DNA of 64,000 nucleotides from Epiperipatus broadwayi (lineage: Eukaryota > Animalia > Onychophora). The position numbers were made by a program, and so were the translations under genes. The notes under the pieces were generated by a model. The model did no database searches. It worked only from the letters and a program-made list of their open reading frames with translations, and was not told the origin of the DNA. Position 1 is the first letter of the stretch, and each line of letters starts with the position of its first letter. Positions 13,141 to 25,369 of the stretch are shown here, in pieces. The stretch is from NCBI GenBank assembly GCA_028023455.1, contig JAQFVV010000005.1, positions 5,456,001-5,520,000 on the forward strand, in the 5' to 3' direction.

Positions 13141-15652
13141 GTTTATTTAACTCGTGGAGAAGTGCAATTACTTCCTTTCAAGTATATAATAACTTATTGT
13201 AATTTTACTAAAACAATAATAATTTTATTCCTCAATTATTTGCAATCCATGGGGTTAAATATTTTTTTACCTTTTTTATATAAATATTATACTTTTTGTA
13301 AATATTACTTATAATAAATAAAATAAAATTTTATTTCATTATAATAAATGATCATAATTTTTACTAAAAGAAAGCAATCAGTCAACTAATCCAAGTTAGA
13401 AGATATAACTGAAAGTAATTTTTCATTTTTTGAAATCGATGGTTATATATATATTTTCTCTTTTATAGAAATAGTACAATATTTATACTAAATAATGCTT
13501 ACAATAAAAAATAATTAATAATATGCTGCTGCATTGCAGTGAAACTTTTATATAGTAATTTGTAGGCTTTTTATATTATAATTTCTACAAACTAAGCGCT
13601 TTCAGAGCCCTTGTTGCTTCATAATCATAATTGTCATAAAAGAATACTTTTCTTAGGAGCAGAAACACTCACTGGAGTAGCCATTAAAGTTCAAGAGATG
13701 ACACATTGTAACCTTTGCAAGTTCTAAACTAAAATAAGAGATTAAGTGCTGAACTACAAGTAGCCATCTTTCAGCTTAAATAAACTCTGAATCATATGAT
13801 TTATCTTGGATAATTGATTTTAATTGGTTGTTATCTGGACATATCAGAATCAAATGCTAATTCTAATTCAATATATAGAAAACTCCCATTATAATTTTAA
13901 ACTTTAAAACATAGTCCTGAAAAATATTTGATTTAATATATATATAAAATATTTTATAAATGCCAAGTTTATTTAAAAAATCAAATGGTTGTTAAGATAG
14001 TCTAAGAATATTAAATATTTTAATATATTTGTAAATAAATTCAAAATCATGATTTTATATAGTGAATATTTACAATTTTATTGCAAGTTAGAAGTTTTGA
14101 AATAGATTTAATTTATATTTATTAAACAATCTTTAAAAGGCATGGCTAAATAAATATCAATGTAGTTATATATAAAAATAAAAATAAATTGATTTTTATC
14201 TTAAAATGTGATCAATTTTTGAAAACAGGATGTATATTGATAACTGGTTAATTTTAGACAAATTTAACAGTTATGTTGGACTACATTAAACTGTAAAAAA
14301 AAAAAATGATAAAAGAATGTCCAGAAATGGGTGGCTTTGCATCACTTTATTTTCATAATAAACTTTATTTTGGAATCAAGTAGATTACATGATGAAGAAA
14401 ATCATTTATATTGTTAGGGCCATAAAGCCAGATATTCATATAAAAATTATATCAAAGCATTAATCATAAGAAAAACTTCCAATTAATCACTAAAACAGCA
14501 ATTAATGAATCAAAACTAAAACAATTTAGCAATATTGAGTGGAATATATAATATAAAATGGCAATGGTGTGAACATCTGCAAAATGAGTAAATTAGACAC
14601 TTGTATCCTCTGGAAATGAGTGAAAAATTCTACAAATTATAATTACAAAAGTGATTGAGATTTATAGTCTTGATCATGGAGACACTTTATCTTAAAATTG
14701 TATTACAGATTGGCCACTTTGGGCTATCATGAATATATATTTCTTTTTTCGTTTCATTTTTTTCTGATTTATAAAAAAAATGTTCATTACTATTGTAAAC
14801 AACAATTAATTTATATACCTCTTTGTCTAGTGACTCACTGAATAAAGTGTGAATCTAAATATATAATGAAACAATTTTTTTTAAAAAAAATATATACTTC
14901 TAAATGATAAGTGTGTGTAACTTAATATTATTTTACTTTTTAGTTTTATGATTTATTTATTTTTTTAACTGAAATAATTTAATTTAAGATTCAATTAATT
15001 AGTTGATTTTTTTGAAAAATATAATGGTGAATTTTTTTACATATGATATTGTGTATAAAAAATTTATTAATTTTGAATACTTATTTTTTCAAAAATTAAA
15101 TATTATTAAAATCAGTGTAAAATGAAAATAAAATGTAGGTATAATTTTATTCTAAACAAATATTTTGTATTTCATCTCTTTCTGAATAGAATAGGAGAAA
15201 TTGTTTTTCTTTTTTTTTTTTTTAGAAAAGAATAAAATAAATAAAATAAAAATTGAACAGGAAAATATATGCCTTTAGATGCACAAATTGATCTGAATCC
15301 TGGAACATTGATTCAAAATGATTCTTTCCAAGTCAATTTCATAAAAATAATTCATTAGAATATATCAGTTCTTAAGTTTGAATTTCTATTATAACAATCA
15401 TTTCTAATACTTATATTTCCAATAGGAAGTATGATTTCAAATGATTCTTCTAGAAAGGGACGTTTAGATTTGCTTGATTAAAAGAATACCATAATTGTTA
15501 CTCAAAACTATCAAAATATTTTTTTTTTTTGCAAAGTGCATTTATAAATTTCATTTGTAAAAAATACAGATTTTAACCAAGTCACCAGAAATTCTATCAT
15601 CTCAAAAGCACAAATAATTTACTATTCATGCACAGAACTTTATAATAATCCT

Positions 15653-15773
15653 TAATTATAAAATGAATGAATACAAACACTTCAAACACATGATAAAGTC
15701 TTTGGAAAAAAATAGAATGGCCAAAGACTTTATCAAGTGTTTGAAGTGTTTGTATTCATTTATTTTATAGTTA
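15653..15773. repeat. Near-perfect hairpin with 53-bp arms and a 15-nt loop
   Basis: 15653-15705 versus 15721-15773, 3 mismatches. Confidence 0.92.
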
Positions 15774-15799
15774 AAATCCAAAGCGCATGTGCAACAGTT

Positions 15800-17300
15800 T
15801 AATGCTATTTAAAATATTACAGTTTGTAAAACATCACGCTATATAAAATAATTGACTTATTGAAATAATCCTTAATTAATAAATTAATATAAACGACTAT
15901 AAACTCTAATAGAATTAAATTAAGTTCTATTTTCTCAGTTAGTGTATTTTGTGCCCCATATGATATGACATTATGGAAGGAAAAGTGAGTGATTCTGGAC
16001 ATTTACATGATTTATTTGAATTTTGCAAGATCAAAGGGGAAGATTTAATTTTAAAAGATCATTTGAGGACAACTTCTAAAAGTGTCCACTGCATTTCTGT
16101 AAGAATAAAAAATTAACTAATAGAATTTTGTGAAATAAAAATATAAGAAAACATTATATATGCTGCAATTAAATCTGTTTGATTTTCAATGTTAGTTGAC
16201 AAAAGTGCAGATATTGAGGAATAGAGCATCTCTCATTTGCCATTTGGTTTGTTGATGAAAATAAAAATATAAGAGAATTTTTAGGATTTAAAAAAGTTGT
16301 AGGAAAAAGTCTTAATTCTGCTATTTGAAATAAATGTAATGAATAAAATTTGGACATGAACTAGTTAATTAGACAAGGATACAATAATTGTGTAAATTTG
16401 GCAGAAAAAAAAAATAGTGTTCAAGTTCAGATAAAAAATATATATCCAAAAGGCATTTACATACATTGTGCTTCTCACAAATTAAACTTAGTTGTGAATG
16501 ACCTAAATTTTATATCAGTTGATCAGACAATAGAAATTATACAATCTATAGTTGTTGTTTTTTTTTTTTGTAGAAATTTTAAAATGAAGAGTCACCACAC
16601 CAACAATTTCTTTAATTTCAGAAACTAGATAGATTTCAAAATATCAAAAGATATGTTGTTTTTTTTCCAAAGAATTTTCAATTCATTTTTGATAAATTAA
16701 AAAAATTTATACATAGTGTACAAGTTCAACATATCAAGAACATATCCTTTTCAAGTTCAATATTTATTATTTGTTTAAATATATTATCAAAATATTCTAC
16801 TATTCTCAACCAATAATCCAAACATTACAAATCATAAATGTATTATAAAAATATTTAAGACTTACTTCAAATATTTGCATTTCATAGAGAAAAATTTAAA
16901 AAAAATGTTGAAAAGATTTATAAACTTTCACTAATTATGCATGAAAAATTAATACTAAAAATAAAAATATGTAAACAATATTCCAAATAAAAAAAAAATA
17001 TATTGACAATCAATATTTGACCTACATTTAATTTTTTAAATTTTATTCTTAAAAAAAAAATTTTCTTGAATAATAAAACCCTACTTCAGTTTCATCCCCA
17101 AAATATTCTGAAAATGAAGAATATAATTTACAACATGATATAAAAAATAGACAATTTTTTCTTTGACTGATATTTTTTAAACTTTATTGGAAGTTTTGGA
17201 ATGTTACAACTATTTTCCTTTTATTAATTTAGCACTAATTATTGTTATGACATATGCTATGATTAGGCTCTTGCAGAGAAATTATGAGACTGGAGCAACT
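15800..17300 (+). mobile_element. Decayed hAT transposase (ZMYM1/THAP12-like DUF4371 type)
   Basis: IYPKGIYIHCASHKLNLVVND (track ORF 16398-16628) matches the family motif PxAxYxHCxxHxLNL. LALIIVMT near 17230-17255 resembles the dimerisation region. Confidence 0.85.
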
Positions 17301-17615
17301 AATATTTTTGAGGCCACTCAAAAATTAAAATAAAATTTTGGTCAAAAAAAATATAATTTTTAATTTAACTCACTATAAAAATAATTTATTTTACATATGC
17401 TTTGCAAGCTTTACCATTTGCAAATTCAGCAATTATGTCAGAGTAATCTAAAGTGCAAGCAATGTCATCATTAATATTAAGGTTTGCTAATCTAATTAGT
17501 CATGCATGGTGCATTGATGATCACAGAAAGTTTTTAATTCTTTTTAAAACACTAAATGATCTTTCAGCTTCTACTACACTCAAAAGCAATGCTAGGAAAA
17601 CACATAAAAATTGCT

Positions 17616-17700
17616 ATACACCTGGGTCTCGTTTTACGCGATAGATAGGTTCCTCAGAAAACACGCGCAAAAGAAATCGTGCAAAAATAGATGTAACTTA
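17616..17700 (+). mobile_element. Probable pogo/Tigger-like terminal fragment
   Basis: TA-CACCTGGGTCTCGTTTTACGCG..GTTCCTCAGAAAACACGCGCAAAAGAAATCGTGCAAAA resembles Tigger-type ends (recognised by eye). Confidence 0.5.
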
Positions 17701-17719
17701 CCTTGAAAAAGGGGGGATA

Positions 17720-17755
17720 CTGAAGAAGGCCATAAGCCAGAAACTAGTCTGGGGA
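17720..17755 (+). ncRNA. Family A hammerhead lacking the 5' strand of stem I
   Basis: CTGAAGA-A-GGC-CATAA-GCC-A-GAAACTAGTC-TGGGGA, preceded by GGGATA instead of TCCTCA. Confidence 0.75.
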
Positions 17756-18155
17756 TATTGGATGAGTAGGCATTAGATAGGGATTTTATGCACAAGCCTT
17801 CTGGCATCCATTGATTACTCTGGTTGGCACTGAGTGGCACTACTGTGTGGAGAGTTTTGTCTGTTTTAATAACAGTAATGTGCTAGCATAAGAAATAGTG
17901 ATTCATGTGATGTTTAGGGGTTTAACACCAATCCTGCTTAATAGGATAATGGTGGCTATGGTTGTTAAAGAGTCAAAGACACCAAAATGTATGGGTACTG
18001 AACTGGGTTCAGATCCATATGACTATATAAGCTTAGATTGAAAATATTGTGTTTTCAATTTTATTCTCATAGTTTTGTAGTTAAGTGGAGATAAAAGGTG
18101 GCTGCTGGAGGGTTGCATTAGATCCTAAGATCTAGGTGCTCTGAGATTCAAAGCT

Positions 18156-18195
18156 CTTCACTGATGAAGGCCACAAGCCAGAAACTAGTCTGGGG
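18156..18195 (+). ncRNA. Minimal type I hammerhead ribozyme, family A
   Basis: CTTCA-CTGATGA-A-GGC-CACAA-GCC-A-GAAAC-TA-GTC-TGGGG. Confidence 0.87.
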
Positions 18196-18374
18196 ATATT
18201 GGATTAGGCACTAGATAGGGATTTTATGCACAAGCCTTCTGGCATCCATTGATTACTCGGTTGGCACTGAGTGGCACTACTCTACTGTATAGAGAGTTTT
18301 GCCTGTTTTAATAACAGTAATGTGCTAGCATAAGAAATAGTGATCATGTGATGTTTAGTGGTTTAAATTCAATT

Positions 18375-19810
18375 ATTCTAGAAAATTACTGTTGTGTGGG
18401 CTTATAATATGTGCATCAAATCTTTAAAAATGCTAGTCCTCTTTCAGCAAGAAAAAATATTACATCCATATAGCATTCCAGTAACTTTTTCCAAAGTTTG
18501 GCTTGGTCATTAATTTCATTTAGAAGCAAATTTTCTATTCCTTTATCTTCTAAAGCCTTTTTAAGTGAATTTTTCCTTAAACATAATTTTATTTGTGTGT
18601 AATAGAATTTTCATGAGGTGGTATGTAATTATACAGCTTTTTCCAACCAATTAAAATAATATATCCCAGCTTAGCTTTTAAATATAAAAGTGGGTGCATG
18701 TTCTTATTGAAAATGTAACATGGTGTACAATAAATTGATTGATGCTCCAACACAACCAATCTCTATGGCAAATTTCATCATATGGAAGTCTTCTTGAAAG
18801 CAAACTATATGGAAATGCACAATTTGATATATGATTTTCAATATTTTGAGAAATTTCAATTCGCTTAATTTTTAAAAAATGATTTTAATTGATCTGGATT
18901 ACTCTTAACAAGAATTCCAATATCAAAAACAATTAAGAGTTCAATATTCACCAATCCTTCTTCTGAAATTACTATTTCATTATTCAGATTTGTAGCAATG
19001 CTATTATCTTCATTTGATAAAACTTCTTCACTATCCTTATTTTTTCACAATTTGTACTTCTATTTCATTTACTCTTTTTGGATGATCTGCTATAGTTGCA
19101 TTATTATTACTGCTGCTAGCTTTTTCAAATAATGATTTTAGTTTTTTTTTTTCAAATGTTTCACTGTGGAAAAAACTCTTTATTGGAGCCAATTTTTCTA
19201 TTGCAGCTTCATTTTTTTTCTGTCTCTTGCTTGAATCATTTTCATCCATGTCTCTTCATCACAGAATGGCTATCAATATATTAAAATTAATTTGCAGAAC
19301 TAAAGTTAACATTTACAATTTTTACTGAGTCTAAAAATTAATGAATATTGCACATCAGAATGATGACTTTCTCAATATAATTTGTAATAATATTAAAACA
19401 CTTTATGAAATGTAAATAACTACTGAAAATGATAAAAATGCACAAATAAATTTCATAGAATGTTAATGCTCACTATAAACAGTTTATGCTAGAATACACA
19501 CATAATAATGTCAAAATTGTAGTGATGAATTACATAGCAATGTTCATGTAGCATAAAAACAAAATTTTAGAGATAGCCTGATGCCATGACACAACAGGAA
19601 TTCAGGGTAACAGCATATTGTAACCTAACAGAAAGAACAGAAAATACATGATCCCATTTATTTATACATGTGGTGGCTGACTAAAGTGTTTCAAAGTTGA
19701 CGATTCACTTTAAGATTATTTTTAAATATATTCAATTGTCAGTTTGAGGCCCCCAATATTATGGGTTCCAGGACATTGGCCTTTTCTCCCCCCCCCTCCA
19801 CGAGAACCTG
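18375..19810 (-). mobile_element. hAT element 5' part (ZMYM1-like transposase N-terminus), decayed
   Basis: Minus strand reads KLWKKLLECYMDVIFFLAERGLAF (~18435-18510), like the IxFLAxxxLAFRG motif. Track ORF 19037-19249 resembles a hAT N-terminus. G-rich hAT-like end CAGGTTCTCGTGGAGGGGGG..GGGGGCCTC at ~19745-19810. Confidence 0.8.
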
Positions 19811-19829
19811 TCTATGAGCTATACCACTG

Positions 19830-20224
19830 AAAGAAGTTTCACACATTGAAATGTATGAAAACATGATTAAGATCTTGTCTCAGAAACACATCTATCAGAT
19901 TTATGTATGATTAGAGTATGCTGGAAAAAATTATCAAAGGAACCAGTAAAGAAGAAATTTAAAATCGTCATCAATAGATTTGAAGCAATAGACAGAGAAT
20001 TCATTTCTTATATGTTATGTGATTATTGAAGTTATTACTATCTATATTAATTATTTCTATTATATTGAAAATTTATATATATTATGCATGTGCCTGTGTA
20101 TTAATGCAATATTACATTCTACAGTCTATTTGTGAAAATAAATAAATAAAAATTTATTGATACAATCATTTGCTTCCAAGCTTTACTTCTCCCTTCCCCT
20201 GGAAAATTTTCTGCAGTCATCCCT
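19830..20224 (+). mobile_element. hAT element 3' end remnant
   Basis: Weak C-terminal similarity (KIVINRFEAIDR) and a terminal CCCCTGGAAAATTTTCTGCAGTCATCCCTG typical of hAT right ends. Confidence 0.5.
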
Positions 20225-23200
20225 GAGCAATGATGTCAGGGGTAGATACTTTTTCAAAAAGTGAGATTGCATCAGAAACAATCATTCACCAAAATGAAAA
20301 GAATGATAAACAAGCAACAATTTAAAAAAAAAATTCATTATTTTTTAAATATTTTTATTTATATATTTTTTCACTTTGTTCACCTATTTGATTATCTTCT
20401 GATATAGTCACATTTTTTATACAATTTCTTATTCTATGATAACATGGGCTTATTAAATATAAGCTATAATGGGATTAGATTCAAAACCTTGCCTTTGATT
20501 TTTTTTATTGATAACATATTATATACAATTATTGACATATATATATAAAGTAAAGTAAATTACACAACAAAACATATGATGATACTATGACATAACCAAC
20601 TTGAGCAGTGCAATATATTGTCTATCACTGCCAAAAATGGAGCCAAATAATAAGAATGTAGCAGTTCATATGGGTAAATAACTTAAGTAATTTATAATTA
20701 CTTCAAGAAACCATGCTTCTGTGATATATTAATCTCAATAAAAGTTCAATCTATGATACTGTATGACTGAAAAAGATTGTAGACTGTCAAGTTTTGTCAT
20801 GTTTTTCCTTATTAAAAATTTGAGAGAGTATAAGCATGTGTTAAACCATTCTTTTTTTTAGTATATTGTATTTTTAATTGTCAAATATAATGGAGCAACA
20901 GTCAACCCACAATGTTCTAGTAGTGTCAATAATCATGAGTGCATTATAAGAATGCAGGTGAGTTTGATATTTAGCTTGAATAGTTTAATGAGAAGGACTA
21001 AACAAAAATTTGAACTATGACAGGAACACAAAGATTTTGTAACTTGGTTAGAGTCTTAACAATTGGCAATGTTATCCATCGATTTGCATATGAATAAATT
21101 ATCATCTTTAAATCATTAAATGAGATACCAACAAAAGATTTGATATATTAGTCTAAAAGATAAGCATGCTTAAAAGCTTGATCTGTAAAAAAAAAAAAAA
21201 TTGCCCAATATATAAGAGTGAAACAAGCAATGGTATGGTAAGAGAATGGTAAGAGAATAGTAGTAAGGATTGGATTAACTAAAGTTGCAATATACCTTTT
21301 TGACTCTAATATAGGTTACATAAAATTTATGACATATCAAATTGAGGCCTCCTTTGTAGATGGGAAAGTATAGGGTCCTAATTGATAAAAGATAAGAAAA
21401 TGAGAGTCAGATGAATACTTTTATTACAGATATGAACTTGTTAAAAATAATATTAAATAGTAACATCAATGAACTACAGTAATCAAATATTGCACTAAAA
21501 ATAGCATTCACTTTACAAACTAGCACAAAGAAATAAAATATTTTGGGGCAGAATGCTTTTTCATTTTGTAATAAAGGTGGTTCAAGTGATAACCTAATTG
21601 TGTTTTAGATTGATTGATTGGAATGCCAAGAAGTTACCTGTAAAGAATAATAGTAAATTACAGCTTGTAGATAACTATCACATAGATTTGCAAATTTGTA
21701 TTGTGGATCCAATAGGTTTTTGGAATTGGTTTAAAATAAAAAGAACAAGGAAAATGTTCTGAAAAATTCTGAAGATTATCAGGACATTACAGTAATTCGA
21801 AATATGGAATTCTCCTTAATGAGAGTGTATATATAAATTGCAATAGTAATGATGCAAGTGGTGAGTTGTATAGCAGACTCCAACTAGGTTTGAAAGGTGT
21901 GGATAGACATGCATAATTCTTTCATTTAATTATCTATTGGAAAGATAGTAAAGATGGCATCAGATATTTTTATATATGCTTTTGAATAGTTTTAATAATA
22001 AAAAGTGGACTAAAAGATAGCTGCTGGAACAAAGATATCTTAGATTCAATACATTCCAATGCATTAGATTCAAATTTAAAATTCTGCACTGATAAAAGTT
22101 ATAAGTTAAAAACTTGTTTTGGGATATAAGTAGGACACAGTGGCTAGGAATTTATTAAACATTACCGTAATAAACTGAAATAAGAGAAATAGTTTTGCTA
22201 CTTAAAATTATCATGTAAGCTGATGCCAAGTGGTGTTTTAGCAGCTTTTAAATTAATTTAATAACAACTATTTGAATTTTTCTTTATTAATCACTATTTT
22301 TTTAATCAAAAGTAAATACAATGCAAAATATTACTAAAGGTAAAAATAAACTATATTCTTAGTACTGCAGAAGTAATACCTTCACCAGAAAAAAAGGTTA
22401 CAATTGCACTGCTTATTTTTATAGACATTGCATTAATATTTATCTGACCAATCCAGATTAATATGGTATCTTTGTCACCTATCTAATAATAGCTAGATAC
22501 ATATTGATACTGACTGAATAGCTAGGTTAGCCTTTACAAACTAATTGTCAATACTCATTCAGCCTATCCACAAATTCCAGCTTTCAGGCATAATAGATAT
22601 GTTATCCACTACACTACAAGATCCACAAATGTCAAAGCTTAGCATAACATTTTTCTTTTAATATCTCATATTTTATAATTTGAAGATTTATTATATTTTA
22701 ATTATGAATGCAGTGTCATAATAGGTTGCTTTATAGGTTGTTTACTAAATCAAATTTAAAATGTGATTTATTTATTTTTACTCTAAAATCATTAGTCAAA
22801 ATAATAATAATAAATTTACAATGATACAACTAATTTTGTCTTAGAGAATTTTAAACTTATAAGCAGTTATTTCTGATCAATTAATATAATCCTGTAGTGT
22901 TTTGAGTATTTTTTTTCTTTTATGGATTTTCTCATTATATAATTGCTCAAAAATACTCCATTCCTCATTTGATAGTTTAAAAATATCATCAGAGTTTTTA
23001 GAAAAGAGTAAAAATGGCCGACAAAAGTGTCATCAGTATTAAAAAAAGTTTTATGAATGACTTTTGTTATTAGATCTCTCATATATAATTCATTTTTATA
23101 ATATAAAAAATGTATCATCTTTCAATTTCTCAATATTAATAGCAATTGTTTTTGTCTGGAAAAACTGATTATTCCTTACAAAAATATCTAATTAGGTCAC

Positions 23201-24139
23201 ACTAAGTATATATAAGTCTAAAATTACACCATCACTTTAAAATCACTATCAAAGTGATATAATTACTTCAACTTGTTTTGCCCAGTTTATTATATGGAAA
23301 CAAACCATGAACCCCTTCTAACAATGTAATAAAAAGACATTTAAAATTATATTCTGAAAAAAATCAATGGAAAAGTCATAAAGATAGCACCTATATTATT
23401 TTACAAGTATATTTTTATTCGCATGCAAAGTTTTCGAGTTAGATTTGAAAGACCAATCAGTATATTTTGCAACCGCTGGCTGCAATGTTAATGAATCTAT
23501 AGTTACCAATTCACATCTTCATTGGATTGAGATAAAGAGTTACAGGCTTAATAAAAAATTATTTTATGGTGAACGTGAGTGTGATTTTCATAGAAAAAAG
23601 ATATTGTTTACATTATAAAGATCATTTAAAAGACCTTCTAAATAGGTGTATCAATAATTGTTTTCATTGTGAGAACTATCACTGAACATAGAATTAAAAT
23701 GAAGAGCTACAGTTAAGGAAAGATGTTGAAGTTTCAGAAAGAAAAGTTTGCTGCAAAAGAAGTTAAAAAACAGCATCACATGATATCATATAAGCATACT
23801 AAAAAATCAACAAGTGACTCTGTGAATATATTGTGAGTGACAGATTGATTTGCATAATTATCATAAACTGATTATTAACTTTCTATTATCTATCTTTTTT
23901 TTTTTCAATTGGAGCCAGAATCAATGTACTTATTTATAATTGGCTGCTAACACTAATAATTTATAAAAACTGGCAGTAGATAAATAAAATACAAATGTGC
24001 TATTTAAAATTTCTAAATATATTTCACACTACCTGTATAAAAATTTGGCTGCTATCGTTTTAGAAATAGATGAGTTGATTTTGTGATGTCTTTACTAATT
24101 AAATAAATATCTGAATAGTTTCTTGCTCTAGTGTTCATA

Positions 24140-24320
24140 CAGTGTTTAAGAACTGTGAGCCATGGATCTTTAGTTCTTGATTTCATGATTCTATCACTGC
24201 ACTAAATCACACAGAGCTATTTAGGTCATAAGATGCTTGAGCATAAAAAGTGTCACACTTAAGCTGTGATCAATGGATCCTAAGCTCCTGAGTCCATTAT
24301 TCCACCATTGAGGTACTAGT
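24140..24320 (-). repeat. Two decayed tRNA-like/SINE-like units, related to pieces at ~31470-31540 and ~35710-35770
   Basis: Minus strand TAGTACCTCAATGGTGGAATAATGGACTCAGGAGCTTAGGATCC and GTGCAGTGATAGAATCATGAAATCAAGAACTAAAGATCC share wording; similar to GATTCAAGAACTAAAAGTTCC at ~35745. Confidence 0.4.
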
Positions 24321-24439
24321 CAAGTATATCAAACAAATTCATGGTTTGATTCACAACATAAAAAAATATTTAAAAAATTAAAAATTATTAAATTTAATAA
24401 AAGTAATGCATGCAATCTATTACATGACTTCAAAATAAT

Positions 24440-24565
24440 AACAAATGGATGCAAAGTTCGTGCATAAAATCTTTATCTAGGGCTTACTCATTCAATATCC
24501 CCCAAATAGCTTCTAGTTTGTGAATTTTATGGCACAGGAAATGGTGATCATGTGATGACTTCAAA
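24440..24565 (-). mobile_element. Family A fragment with degenerate HHR and inversion junction
   Basis: ATGGATGC..GCATAAAATCTTTATCTAGGGCTTACTCATTCAATATCCCCC matches the family A minus strand; an oppositely oriented GTGATCATGTGATG piece follows. Confidence 0.75.
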
Positions 24566-25264
24566 ATATAGATTGAATACTGATATTCCAAAATTCTTGA
24601 CCCTTTTGAAATTAGAAAATTTCACAACTCAAATACTTACAGCAGAAAATAAGAGAACATGTTTAAAAGTATTATTGTATTTATTACTTCAAAAAAATTA
24701 AATGTAAAAATTAATTATTTAACTAAATACAATTAAATGTAAGTTATTAGTGTAATATGAAAGTGCCTTATTAAATATAATTTATTAGCAAACATTAAAA
24801 AATCTTAAAGAAAAATAAATTCAATAATATTAAACATAATTTATTAGTGAATATTGCTTACAAAATTGATTTCAGGGGGGGGGGGATCATTTTTATGCTC
24901 ATAAAGAAATTTTCCGTAAATATTAAAAAATCTAACAATCTTTTTGCATGCTATTCACAAATTTGAGCTCATCACCATTTTCAATCTTTACAGATCCTAT
25001 ACATGATGAAGATCTCTACATAATTTTTTTCTATTACATTGCTATAAAAAATGGCCTTTTACAATCTCTTGGCATGCAATTTTAACTATTCATCTATTAT
25101 TATTTCCTCTAGCAATATCTCCACTTCAGCCTCATAATAACTTTTTATCTTCTTATCCTACATCTCTCCATAATTAATTAGATGATTTGGAGTTTCTATC
25201 CTATTAATCTTCTCTTAAGTTTCAAGATTTCATATCCAAATATAAGAAGTGTTAAAACATATTT

Positions 25265-25369
25265 TTTGTTGTTAGCCGAGAGGTCATCGCAACCGCCTTG
25301 CAAGCAAGTAGTTGGTTGCAGACGGTTGTGGGTTCGCGTCCCGGCCAGTGCTATGACATATGAGGAAAA
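25265..25369 (+). mobile_element. Short tRNA-derived SINE, CpG-intact copy
   Basis: A-box-like TAGCCGAGAGG, B-box-like GGTTCGCGTCC, A-rich tail; 11-bp direct repeat AAAACATATTT at 25254-25264 and 25370-25380. Confidence 0.85.

Larger units (their letters stand above)
17720..18365 (+). mobile_element. Family A retrozyme-like element, ~1.46 tandem units, 441-nt period
   Basis: HHR cores at 17720 and 18161; 17720-17922 is repeated at 18161-18365; no coding capacity. Confidence 0.9.

Noticed and set aside
20900-22100. Possible old LINE remnant (IDWNAKKLP..)
   Set aside because: No diagnostic RT or endonuclease motif could be read with confidence.
23400-23900. Possible transposase fragment
   Set aside because: The translated frames gave no convincing family motif.
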